From the human T2T-CHM13v2.0 reference genome, Homo sapiens: a DNA stretch of 64,000 nucleotides. Positions 40,746 through 53,480 of this stretch are shown here, one piece after another (position 1 is the stretch's first letter; each line of letters starts with the position of its first letter). The notes below the pieces were generated by a model. That model made no database searches, was not told where the DNA came from, and saw nothing but the letters and a program-made list of their open reading frames with translations. The stretch lies in NCBI RefSeq assembly GCF_009914755.1, contig NC_060926.1. One strand, 5' to 3'. Made by a program: the position numbers and the translations under genes.

Positions 40746-43097
40746 TGATATGGTGTGTCTGTGTCCTCACCCAAACCTCATCTTGAATTGTAGTTCCTGT
40801 AATCCCCGCATGTCATGGGAAGTAATTGAATCATAGCAGTGGGGTTTTTTCATGCTGTTCTCATGATAGAAAATAAATCTCAAGAGATCTGATGGTTTTA
40901 TAAAGGGCAGTTCCCCTGCACATGCTCTCTTGCCTGCCACCATGTAAGAGAGGCCTTTGCTCCCCCTTTGCATTCCGCCATGACTAGGAGGCCTCCCCAG
41001 CCATGTGGAACTGTAAGTCCATTAAATCTCTTTTTCTTTATAAATTATCTAGCCTCACCTATTTCTTTATTAGCAGTGTGAGAATAGACTAATAAAGTAA
41101 ACTGGTACCACAGAGAATGGAGTGCTGCTGTAAAGATATCAAAAATGTGGAAGTGACTCTGGAACTGGGTAACAGGCAGAAGTTGGAAGAGTTTGGAGGG
41201 CTCCACAGGAAACAGAGAGATGTAGAAAATTTGGAACTTCCTAGAGACTTGTTGAAAGGCTTTGACCAAAATGCTGATAGTTACATTGACAATAAGGTCC
41301 AGGCTGAGTTGGTCTCTGATGGAGATGAGGAACTTGCTTGGAACTGGAGTAAAGGTCACTCTTGCCATGCTTTAGCAAAGAGACTGGTGGCGTTTTGCCC
41401 CTGCCCTAGAGATCTGAGGAACTTTGAACTTGAGAGAGATGATTTAAGGTCTCTGGCAGAAGAAATCTCTAAGCAGCAAAGTATTCAAGAGGTGACTTTG
41501 GTGCTCTTAAAAGCATTCAGTTTTATTCATTTACAAAGATACAGTTTGGAATTGGAACTTATGTTTAAAACGGAAGCAGAGAATAAATATTTGGAAAATT
41601 GGCAAACTGATGATGCAATAGGAAAGAAAAATCCATTTTCTGAGGAGAAACTCAAGCCCACAGCAGAAATTTGCATAAATAATGAGGAGCTGAATGTTAA
41701 TCACCAAGGCAATGGGACTAATTTCTCCCTGGCATGTCAGAGACCTTCACAGCAGCACCTCCCATCACAGGCCTTGAGGCCTAGGAGAAAAAAATGGTTT
41801 TGTGGGCTGTGCCCATGGCCTTTCTGCTGTGTGCAGCCTAGGGACTCGGTGCCTTGTGTCTCAACTGCTCCAGCTATGGCTAAAACGGACCAAGGTATGG
41901 CTTGGGCTGGGGCTTTAGAGTGTGCAAGCTTCATGTCTTGGCAGCTTCCACATTGTGTTGAGCCTGCGGTGCACAAAAGTTAAGAAATGAGGTTTGGGAA
42001 CCTACACCTAGATTTCAGAGGATGTATGGAAACACCTGGATGTCCAGGCAAAAGGTTGCTGCAGGAATGGAGCCCTCATGTAGAACCTCTGTAAAGGCAG
42101 TGTGGAAGGAAAATGTAGGGTTGGAGGCCCACACAGAGTTCCCACTGGGGCACTGCCTAGTGGAGCTGTGAGAAAGAGGGCCACTATCCTCCACAACACA
42201 TAATGGTAGATCCATTGACAGCTTACACTGTGCACCTGGAAAAGCTGCAGACTCTACATGCCAGCCAATGAAAGCAGCCAGGAAGGCTGTACCCTGCAAA
42301 GCCACAGGGGCAGAGCTGCCCAAGACTATGAGAATCCACCTCTTGCATCAGTGTGACCTGAATGTGAGACATCAAGTCAATGGAGATCATTTTGTAACTT
42401 TAAGGCTTAATGATTGGCCTATCGATTTTTGGACTTGGATGTGGTCTGCAGCTCCTCTGTTTTTACTTCCATTTACAGGCATTGGGTAAATACACACATT
42501 TGGAGACGGTATACTAATTCAATGCTTATACCCCCATTGTATCTAGGAAGTAGCTAACTTGCTTTCAATTTTACAGGCTCATAGACAGAAGGAACTGGCC
42601 CTGTCTCAGATGAGACTTTGGACTTGGACTTTTGGGTTAATGCTGGAATGAGTTAAGACTTTAGGGGATTGTTGAGAAGGCATGATTGTGTTTTGAAATG
42701 TGAGGACATGAGATTTAGGAGGGGCCAGGGGAGAATGACATGGTTTGGCTGTGTCCCCACCCAAATCTCATCTTGAATCATAGTTTCCATAATCCCCATG
42801 TATCATGGAGGGACCCAGTGGGATGTAATTGAGTCATGGGGTCAGGTTTTTGTCATGCTGTTCTCATGATAGTGAACAAATCTCAAGTGAACTGATGGTT
42901 TTATAAAGGGCAGTTCCCCTGCACACATTCTCTTGCTTGCTGCCATGTAAGACAGGCCTTTGCTCCTCCTTTGCCTTCCACCATGATTGTGAGGCTTACC
43001 AGCCATGTGGAACTGTAAGTCCATTAAACCTCTTTTTCTTTATAAATTACCCAGTCTTGGGTATTTCTTCATAGCAATATGAAAATGGACCAATACA
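40746..43097 (+). mobile_element. Full-length THE1D-type MaLR element (5' LTR 40746-41096, internal 41097-42735, 3' LTR 42736-43097)
   Basis: Two direct LTRs (TGATATGG.../TGACATGG...ATACA). The internal region starts GTAAACTGGTACC, and a polypurine tract AGGAGGGGCCAGGGGAGAA precedes the 3' LTR. Degenerate 5-bp TSD GTTAG/GCTGG. Confidence 0.96.
41117..41983 (+). other. Open 288-codon stretch of the MaLR (THE1-int) internal ORF; translation unproven
   Basis: LELPRDLLKGFDQNAD...NWSKGHSCHALAKRLVAFCPCPRDLRNFELERDD...EEISKQQSIQEV matches the recalled THE1-int ORF frame. The ATG is in AGAATGG context. Confidence 0.7.
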
Positions 43098-44493
43098 GCT
43101 GGCAAAATGAAAATGACCAAGGATCATGGGCTAATTATTGTGTGGAAAAAGGCAGAGTTTCCCAGGGGAGGGGGACACTAGCTTTTTGTGTAGAAGGGCA
43201 CAGGGTTTATGAGAAAATTTAAAAGATAAAAAGATGAAATATGATTGAGAATATTGAGTGACAGAGCAGGGGATGTTCACATGAGGGACACTGAGGTCTT
43301 GTCATTCATTGTAAAATATATATGAGCAAGTCAGTTGGACAAAGCCATAGGAGTCCCAGGGTATACCATGCTGTTTGTTGCTTTGGGATGTTTAGTTGGA
43401 TCTTGTGTACAATCCAGAAAAGTTAGGTGTGACCATTTTTAGAAAGTTTGGGAATCTGCCTTCTGACCTTCAGGAGGCATATTGGGCAGAGATGAGCCTT
43501 ACAACGTCTCTAGCCTTCCTATGATAGAATATTGGATGAAGAGGTCAAAGAACCAGCAGGCAATGGTTGGCGCATGATAGTGAGATTGATTGCAACGTCA
43601 GCTCTTTTCATCTCTCCCTAGTAGCGTACTGAGGGACACCATTTATATTCCTGAAGAAAGGTTTTTCTGGCACTGGGTTACCATGGGGAAGGATAATTTT
43701 CAAGGTTGGGGAAACATCATTCAAACTTACATCTCAGTAAAGGCTTGTGAAGGTATTTTTATGTTTTTTAAAAGTTAGTATTGTAAAAGATTATGGCCTT
43801 TTTGAGAACATGTTCTAGGGAATTGTGTCCAAATTGTGTCCAGGAAAATCTGAGATAAGAGGCTAAAGAGGCTCACAAAGAGGAAAACTGGATTTAAAAG
43901 AGTAGCCTCAAAAGGCAGAAGTTCAGAGGGCTAAAAACCAAGAATTTGTAGAGGACAAGGAACCACCTGTGTTTAGTAACCTAGTCACCTTCATGAGCAA
44001 TGGTAGAAGTTGGCAAGATGCCTAAAAAGAACAAGTAAAAAAGATCATATCTATGAAATAAAACGAGAGTTTCTGCACTCACAAGTATTGTTCCATTACC
44101 TTGATTCCCATAGCAAAGTAATTTATGTGTATTGTATCGAATCAAAGTCATACACCAAGACAATTTTGTTTATTTGGTCTATGGTTTCTCATATCTGATA
44201 ATATTTTTAAATTTTAACTATTAAAAAAGTAATTAAAAGTTAGTTTAGAAATGTATGGACAAAGACCAAAAGACAAAAAAAAGCTCCACTGTTTTGAGTG
44301 ATAAGATGAAATCAACTTTGCAAATGGTAGCACCATGCTCTCTAACCCTAGAGCCCAAGGATATTAGCATCATGGTAAAGTGCAAGAATCATGGGCGTAC
44401 AAGTCAATCTGACACGAATTCAAAGCTCATTCTAGTTTTATTAGTAATGAGCAAGTTACCTCATTTCTTTGTCTTAATATTTACTTCTATAAT

Positions 44494-44882
44494 TAAAATG
44501 GTTTGGTTCCGTGTCCCCACCCAAATCTCATCTTGAACTGTAATCCCCACGTGTCAAGGGATGGGCCTGGTGGAAGATGATTTAATCATGGAGGAAGGCT
44601 TCCCCCTTGCTGTTTTCAAGATAGTAAGTTATTATGAGATCTGTTGGTTAAAAGTGTGCAGCAATTCCCCTTTCTCTGTCCTTTCTCTCTCTCTTTCTCT
44701 CTCCTGCCACCATGTGAAGAAGGTCCTTGCTTCCCCTTCCACCAAGATTGTAAGTTTCCTGAGGCCTCCTATACATGCTTCCTATTAAGCCTGCAGAACT
44801 GTGAGTCAATTAAATCTCTTTTCTTCAAAAATTACCCAGTCTCAGGTAGTTCTTCATAGCAATGTGAGAATGGATTGATACA
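44494..44882 (+). mobile_element. MSTA-like solo LTR inserted in a MIR (MIR ~44365-44493)
   Basis: ATGGTTTGGTTCCGTGTCCCCACCCAAATCTCATC...GCAGAACTGTGAGTCAATTAAA...GATACA. 5-bp TSD ATAAT at 44489-44493 and 44883-44887. Confidence 0.92.
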
Positions 44883-45179
44883 ATAATATAGGAAAAATTT
44901 GTTATTTTATATTACTGTAAGCCCAAGACTTGCACCTGTTGGTGTTTAATAATAGGTTATTTTGTTTTTTTTTTCTCTCCAGTAAGAATAGCTTGTTAGA
45001 TAAACTTCTGATGTTTTCCTTCATTTCTTTACAGTTTCAGACAAGAGCACTACTGTTCGTTCTGACTTGTAACCTAGAAGACAGATGTAAATGCTAAAAC
45101 CTGTGGGTAACTGGTTACTTGACAGTCATTCATGAGGGATAGTCACTGTCTACGTTTGTTCCTCCAGATGAATAGAATA

Positions 45180-45500
45180 CAGTTGGCCCTTCATTTCTCA
45201 GGTTCTATATCTGTGGATTCAACCAACCACAGATCAAAAATATTTGGAGAAAAAGTAAGAAGTAACAATACAACAATTTAAAAATATACAAATAAAAACC
45301 AATACAAAATAACTATTTACATAGCATTTACATTGTCTTAGTTATTATACATAACCTAGAGATGATTTAAAGAATACAGGAGGATATGCATAGGTCATAC
45401 GCAAATACTATACAATTTTATACGAGGGACTGGAGCATCTCCAGATTTGTGTATTCTCCGGGGGCCTGCAACCAATCCCCTATGACCACTGAGGGACAAG
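45180..45500. mobile_element. MER2 (TcMar-Tigger MITE)
   Basis: TA|CAGTTGGCCCTTC...GTGGATTCAACCAACCACAGATC...CTGAGGGACAAG|TA, i.e. degenerate TIRs with a TA TSD. Confidence 0.88.
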
Positions 45501-46067
45501 TATACTTAATGAACAAATATTGCCAAGATTCTGTCTCAGTTGAACTCAAAAGCCCTTGAATATACTCTCACTGTTTAACTTAGAGACCCCATTCATCCAT
45601 TCTTGCTGTCTAGAGCCATTTAAAATGATTATGTTTTTTTTTGGTTTTATGTGTTAATTCCCCTGGGAAGAAATGTAACACGACTAACTCCTGTTACTTT
45701 GATAATGATGGTTAGCATTCATTTCCCAACTAGCCACTGGAAGTGGTCAAAAGAAATCAAGTAAACCACACAGTGAATATATTCAGGGCAAGTTGTCCTT
45801 TCCACAGATGGACATGGACCTATCAGTACAATAAACTTGCTGCTTAATGCAAGATAAATAAGTACATAAAGTGCTATAAATAATTAAGCATGCATGATGA
45901 TATTTCAGAGAAAAATGCACAGTATCTAGGAAACCTGAGAATATTCTCTCCTCCAGGGAGAAACCCTGATTAGGAGCTGATACTCTAACTAAAATTCATT
46001 CAAATGTGTCCTTCCTTTTTCTTTTATTTCTGCTACTTTTTGCCTGGAAAATTAGTGAAAGCACCTC

Positions 46068-46566
46068 ACAGTAGGAGAATAACGGATCCCCATGGATATC
46101 CACATCTTAATTTCTGGAACCATTAAGCACGTTACATTCCATAGAAAGGGAGAATTGAGGTTGCTGATGGGAGAAAAGATTGCCAGTCATTTCAACTCAA
46201 CATAAGGAGCTTATCCAAGATGATCAGGAGTAGGAGGAGAGTGACGTAATAATAAAGATCCTAAATTTAGAAGAAGGAATCAGAAGAGGAGATAAGAGTG
46301 ATGTGATGTGAGATGAAATTGACTTTCTGGCTTCAGAAATGGAAAAATGGGACCATGATTCAGGGACTGTGGGCAGGCTCTAAAAGCTGAAAAAGGCATA
46401 GAAATAGATTATCCCTTAGAGCATTCAGAAAGGCACTCAACTCTACCAGCAAATTTTAAATACTGAGACCTATTTCAGACTTTGGAACTACAAAGCTGTA
46501 ACAATAAATCTGTGTTAGTTTAAGCCACTGTTGTTGTATTACTGTAGCCATAGAAAATTGACATAC
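46068..46566 (+). mobile_element. MLT1D-like MaLR LTR
   Basis: GATATCCACATCTTAAT...GGGCAGGCTCTAAAAGCTGAAAAAGGCA...AATAAATCTGTGTTAGTTTAAGCCACT...ATAGAAAATTGACATAC. Confidence 0.8.
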
Positions 46567-47460
46567 CCCTAGATAAGGATTTTCACTTTTGTTCACTTAT
46601 AGGTAAGTTGGCTTTTCCATTCAGGGCTGAGAAATTTGTATGGAGAGTTCAAAACTGGATACCAGTCAGAGATATTTTTCTATACTCTACCAAACCTGTG
46701 GAAATTGCAAACATGTGTCTAATTGACTGACATTTTAAAATTTTCAGACCTTGTTTTTTATACAGTGTAAATTAGTACTTTCTATATGTTCACTTATCCC
46801 ACTATTATTATTATTTACTAGGAGTTATTATTTTTTAAAATATACAACTTTTGTAATTTTTATCGCCCTTTGGTGGTGTTTTGACATTTCTGTTACTTTC
46901 ACAGATGCAGAGGGGTGCTGAGGAGAATTAAGATCTGTCCCTCCACCCTGAGCAGAAACCTCAAGAGTGAAACAGAAAAGTGGATTTAGGTCACTAAAAT
47001 ATATTTCCACAGTATCCCTTCTGCTCCTCTCCCTCTTTTTACCTGTTCTAGCTCTTTCTTCTAGTTCAGGCTAGTAGTGGGAACAAAACTCCATCTCTTC
47101 CTGGTGCCTAGATGTAATTGGAGGGTGAGTTAATGGAGTCTGGGGAAAAGAAAAAATGGTGAGCCTAGAGGAGTGGATAAAAATTGGCTTGACTTTTTAA
47201 ATTGAGGGGATAAAAAAACAGCTGCCTGTGTGTGAACATGTGTGTGTGCATGAGAGAGAGAGAATGCATTCTCCTCACCTAGGTGACAGATTACACTGGA
47301 ACCACTATCACAGATCAAATGAAGTTGGAACCCTTTAACAACTCAGGCACTGAGAAAATACCAGGCAGAACAGAAGCCCAAGATATGAGACACAGAATGC
47401 TTTTAAATTTCAGGAAGTCTTATGCTGACTTTTTGCACTAAAAGACACTAATGAAATTCT

Positions 47461-47930
47461 TTTTTAAAAAAATATTTCTATTTTAAGTTCAGGGGTACAA
47501 GTGCAGGTTTGTTACATAGGTAAGCTTGTGTCATGGGGGTTTGTTGTACAGATTATTTCATCACACAGGCATTAAGCCGAGTATCCATTTGTTATTTTTT
47601 CCTGATCCTCTCCCTCCTTCCACTCTCCACCCTCTGAAGGGCCCCTGTGTGTGTTGCTTCCCTGTATGTATCCACCTGTTCTCATAATTTAGCTCCCACT
47701 TACAAGTGAGAACATGTGGCATTTGGTTTTGTTTCTGTGTTAATTTGCTAAGGATAATGGCATCCAGCTCCATCCATGTCCCTGCAAAGGACATGATCTC
47801 ATTTCTTTTTATGGCTGCATAGTATTCCATGTTTTATATGTATATATATATGTGTATATATAGCCTTTGTAAATAAGCAATATAAGATATATATATAAAT
47901 ATATATAATGTGGAATACTATATAAAATGT

Positions 47931-47983
<53 letters not shown>

Positions 47984-48502
47984 CATTTTCCCTATCCAGT
48001 CTATCATTGATGGGCATTTAGGTTGATTCCATGTCTTTGCTATTGTGAATAGTGCTGCAATAAACATGTGTTCATGTGTCTTTATAATACAATAGTTTAT
48101 ATTCCTTTGAGTATATGCCCAGTAATGGGACTGCTGGGTTGAATAGTATTTCTGTCTTCAGGTCTTTGAGGAATCACTACACTGTCTTTCACAATAGCTG
48201 AACTAATTTACATTTCCACCAACAGTGTTTAAATAAGTGTACCCTTTTCTCCACAATCTTGCCACCATCTGTTATTTTTTTACTTTTTAATAAAAGCCAT
48301 TCTGATTGGTGTTAGATGGTATTTCATTGTGGTTTTGATTTGCATTTCTCTAATGATCAGTGATTCTGAGCTTTCATTCATATGATTGCTGGCTGCATGT
48401 ATGTCTTTTTTTTTAAACTGTTCATGTCTTTGCCCACTTTTTTTATGGGGTTGTTTGCTTTTTTCTTGTAAATTTGTGTAGGTTCCTTACAGATGCTAGA
48501 TA
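47461..48502 (-). mobile_element. 5'-truncated L1PA13-like element
   Basis: Antisense 3'UTR and ORF2 end. 14-bp TSD ACTAATGAAATTCT (47447-47460) / ACTAAGGAAATTCT (48503-48516). Confidence 0.92.
47833..47982. repeat. AT-rich expansion ending in (TG)5(TA)21 inside the L1
   Basis: Perfect (TA)21 at 47941-47982. Confidence 0.95.
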
Positions 48503-48642
48503 ACTAAGGAAATTCTGTAGTTCTCAACCCAACTGAGAAACCAAAACTGAGCTGAAGATACTCCTTGATCCTCTAAAATTACTGATCCTCTCTGCTCTCT
48601 CCAGTCAGAAAAAAAGAGATGTCTGCAGTAAAACACTCTTGA

Positions 48643-48673
48643 ACACACACACACGCACACACACACACACACA
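48643..48673. repeat. (CA)n microsatellite, one interruption
   Basis: ACACACACACGCACACACACACACACAC-type run. Confidence 0.9.
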
Positions 48674-48904
48674 CGTTATACACTTTGTTTTATTGACTCT
48701 TCTGCCTGCATTAGTTTTTTGTGACATTTACTCAATCTCTTTTTCTATGTTAAAAAAAAGGCATGAAGAAGTAACTATAAGAGCTATTTTACTAAAACAT
48801 TTCCAAGTGATTGGGCCTTGTAAGTAGTGTAAGATAAAACTTGAAGAAGGCATTCTCTACAGAAAAGCCAAAGAAGTTTTTTGACCTCTTTTAAAAAGTT
48901 AAAA

Positions 48905-49455
48905 CTAAATCCATTACTGCCATGCCTAAAATCCCCCGGTGGCTTCCTACCATTCTTAGAATAACAGTCTAAACCCTTGCCGTATCCTGGATGCGTGGCC
49001 TTGCCTGTAATGCTTCTTCTGCCTACCTTCTCATTCCCATTTTATACCCTAGGGACACTGCTTCCTTCTGTTTCTCAGACTTGCCAGGCACATTTAATCC
49101 CTTAAGGCTCTGCACATACTTCTTCTGCTTGGAATCTTCTTCCTTCAGATTATTCACATCCCTCTGACCTCAGATTAAAGGGCTTTTTTTTCTGAGAGGC
49201 TTTCTCATTGCCCTTATCTAAAGTGATCCACCTCAGCTATTCTGCTCATTGCTCAGTGAACTTCAAGGCATTCAACACAATCAATAATTAATGTGTATAA
49301 TATGCATTTTCACATTCCATTATCTTTGTTTCTCATTAGGATATTGCCTCCCCGAGATCAAAGATCTCATCCTTTTATTTACCACTGTGTCTGCAGTGCC
49401 TAGAATAAAGCTTGGCACATAGTATAAACAAACTCAATATTTGTTGGTTTAATGG
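48905..49455 (+). mobile_element. L2a 3' portion
   Basis: GGTGGCTTCCTACCATTCTTAGAATAA...CACTGTGTCTGCAGTGCCTAGAATAAAGCTTGGCACATAGTA...CTCAATATTTGTTGG. Confidence 0.8.
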
Positions 49456-50967
49456 AGCTTCCCTAAATTCTGCAATGTTTCTGGTACTGAATTCAATTTA
49501 CCCCAGGATGTATGCAGGTTGCAGAATTTTAGAATTAGAAGGCCTTTGCAAATCAGCCTTATTTCAGTAGAGATGAGACTGAGACTCGATGTAGACAAGA
49601 GCTTTGATTAAAGCTGTCTACATAACAACTACATAGTTATCCCTGAGCCTGCAGTGCTACTCCAACCATATTACCAAAGAAAATAAGCCCCCATGGACTT
49701 TTACTCAGTTTAATAGTCTGGTCAGTGTATTATTATTATTATTATTATTTTATTAATCTTACATTACTTATTTACAAAGACTAAGCATGTTTTCAACATT
49801 TATCACCTAGATCAAAAATCAGTCTTGGGCCTGTATTCCTCCCAGAAATTGAAGAACTTTTTCTCAGTTAGTATCAACAATTAGTTAAGGAGGTCACATG
49901 TCTATTTTTCTCACCTTTGGAGAACTATCCAATAAACCACCACAGATTCCCACAGCAACTATGAAACAACAGAAACCTAGCTCTTTTCATAGGGCATGCA
50001 TATCTACTATTCTCTACAAATTTTCTACATTTCTTATGTAGAACAAGGGTTATATAAAAGGGTTCTATGTGTACAAAGCGTATAATTCTGGGTGCAGGGA
50101 CAGAGGATGGAGTTGTCATCACTCAAATGTAGTTATGGTTGCCATAAACACTCAAAGTTAGACATATTTATCATCTGTAGACATAGGACTAAGCCATTCA
50201 GTTGAATTCCTAACTTTTCTTAGGAATCCTGCTGGGAAAGAATAAATGAAAATGTCTTATGCTATCAATATGTATTTTATTCCATATTATTTATGGTTAA
50301 AATAATAGATGGTACAAAAATTAGAATTAAACCACATCAACATTACTGTATCACTAACACATTTAAGTCAAATATACCTTTAATTTTTCAACAATCTTCT
50401 CTCTTCCCTCTGTTTTTAGAATTTATCATTTTTTAAACTTTTAAATTATACTTTCATAATGTATTTCTCAGCTCACGACACTAGGAGGGATTTTGTTTAT
50501 ACTGACATCCAACAGGGAAAATACTATTATACAATCAAATATTTTATTGAAATTAAATTTAATCACTTTCTTCATCAAAATAACTATTTACTGCATAATG
50601 TAATTTCACTAATGCCATATCCAGCTGCATTATAAGACAAGCACAAATCAACAAAATTCCATCTAATTTGTGCAAATTAAAATAATTCTTGAGAAAATAT
50701 TGAAATACTTAAAGCTACAAAAACACCATTAAGTTTGTTTTAGAAACTTACTGTTTCAGCAGAAAAAAAATGTCTAGAGATCAATTCACTCATCTGTTTT
50801 CCTCTAGGTAGAGTTCTAGAAAACACAGTGTCCACCATCAAAATTTAAGAAACATGCCTGGAAACTTAAGGACAAGACACAGGAAAGGAAGTCTGCTATC
50901 TTACCCAGTAGCCCACTAGAATAGCAAAGCCTCTGATTTTTAACTACACAGCCTCTCATTAAGGCCA

Positions 50968-51137
50968 TGACTGCTGATTATTTTTAAAAGCTTCCCATTT
51001 CTAACACTACATCAAACTTGAAACAAGAAATAGGTAGAGAGTTCTAAAACTCTGACTGCTGATTATTTTTCAAAGCTTCCCATTTCTAACATTTCATCAA
51101 ACTTGAAATCAGAGATAGGTAGAGAGTTCGAAAACTT
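50968..51137. repeat. Two-copy 85-bp tandem duplication
   Basis: Units start at 50968 and 51053 (TGACTGCTGATTATTTTT...). About 8 mismatches, no indels. Confidence 0.95.
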
Positions 51138-53105
51138 CACGTTAGAATAAAATAAGGGAGAGACTGAGTCACATGTGCTGTTGAGAAATAAAACTACCAA
51201 CTGATTTCTGAAAGAGAGATAGATTTCACATAGTAAAGTGAGAAATTAATGAATCTAAAGAGAAAAAGCAAATAAAGTACAGATGAGTTCTATGCACTTG
51301 GCTGGTACCAGCCCAACAGCTGGTGTTCTAACCCACAGTTTGATATTCTATAAAACTGTCTCCACATGAATAAATATACTCAGTGACAGTCTTTCATATA
51401 GAGCAGGTTTTGGAGAGGAATGAGCAATTAAGAGTACCAGTTAGTCATTGTCAAAAAATAGCTGATAGCCTTTTACATATACACATATTAAATGCACAAA
51501 GTGGCAAATAATTTTACTTTTTGTTGTTTTGATTTTAATTTGTGGAACATGTTACATTAATGATAGATACAAAATGTAAAAAAGGGAACTATTCATGGCT
51601 TCCAATCTGTTTCTAGAACTTTAGAAAGGAAACAAGTCAGGGTAGACTATTATATTATTGAGACCGCTCAGAAAACCAAGCACCAAATAATTAAACCAAG
51701 CCCTGTTGATAACTGCTGCATAAGTACAGATTTTATAGATTAAGATATTCATGTCTGTGGCAACATCTTTATTCAGGTCATAGAGAAAATCCTGCACTGC
51801 CACCTTGCACTGCCATCCTCAACCTGAAAGACTAATGGCAAGATTCTAGTCCTTCTCTTGATCATCACAGTAACACTTTGACGTCTGTCTCCAATTAATC
51901 ATAAGGTATTCTGTTTTGACTCATCTATCCATAACACAGCACATTGCCTGAGATAAACATTTGGCCACAGTGTTATCACAAGGAGGGTGTACTAGATTCA
52001 TGTACACATAAACCTGTGCCCTTTCCAACCTATTTCTAATAAGAATAATGATGATAATACAAGATAGAGAATAATTATTGACATTCCTTATAAGACAAGG
52101 CATGAAAAAATGCATGAAAAGCTCAATGCTGAATTTCCACTTTAATGTAGATTCTATAGTTCTGGAAGAAATTTGGCTATCCAAATGAGATGAAAAGAAT
52201 GATCTGCACTGGAAGAGATCTGAAAACATGGAAAATGTAGTGGTTCCAAGTATATTTTCAACTGCTACCTCACCATCACTCAACTTCAATATGAAAAAGT
52301 TAGTGGGGAAATGTGGTTCCAGCCATTGGTTCATGAATAGAATAGAAGAATAAAACCAATTTTATATCTCCTAGAAAAAAATTAAGAGGCTTCTAGTCAA
52401 GAGCATTTATTGGTATAAGGTTGCATGCGTGGAGCTGGATTTCAGGAACTGATTATGGGTCCTTCTCTTCTCTGGAGGCTTTTTACCTTCAATTCTTCAC
52501 TTCCTACCTCAAAAATGCTAGCTCTCAATAGTTTGGTATCAGAGAGTCTCATTTATTAGCTTAGATTCCTATTTCCCCTCATTTTTCTTTTTATTGAATC
52601 CTTCTTTCTAAAGAAATCCATTTATTGTTATTCCTGTAATTCAATGGAATCTCTAAGATGTTCTTCAGGATACATATTTTCTCAAGGAGGCAGAAATGGA
52701 TTTAAATGTGACACAAACCATTAGGCATTCTGGTGAATAATTATGCTCCCTGTGTGGTCAGTTTTGTCAACATGCAGCTCAAAATGACAGTGCCAAAGAA
52801 ATGTATTGTTTTCATAGACACTGATTTAAAATTAGTGAAGTGATCATTTCATTTATACCTGAAAGCCTGAAAAATGTCTTCCCTGTATGTGATTTTTAAT
52901 AAATTCAAACACGCTATGCCATCGTCCTTTTCTTCCTAAAGCAAAAATTTCTAAAAGAAAAGGAACTTCTTTCCTCTATCTCTTTGTGATATCTTTCTCT
53001 TTTGAATTCCAGTATCACTTGCCTCTTGAGCCAATTAGCCCTGAGCATACACTGTTTTACATAGTTTACCTTTTTCTTACTGTCCTTATTTTACTTTTTC
53101 AATTA

Positions 53106-53480
<375 letters not shown>

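Noticed and set aside
50968-51137. Tandem and direct repeats as a CRISPR-like array
   Set aside because: Only two copies, no spacers, primate genomic context.
51921-52334. 137-aa minus-strand ORF in unique DNA
   Set aside because: No recognisable domain, and composition is typical of random AT-rich ORFs.
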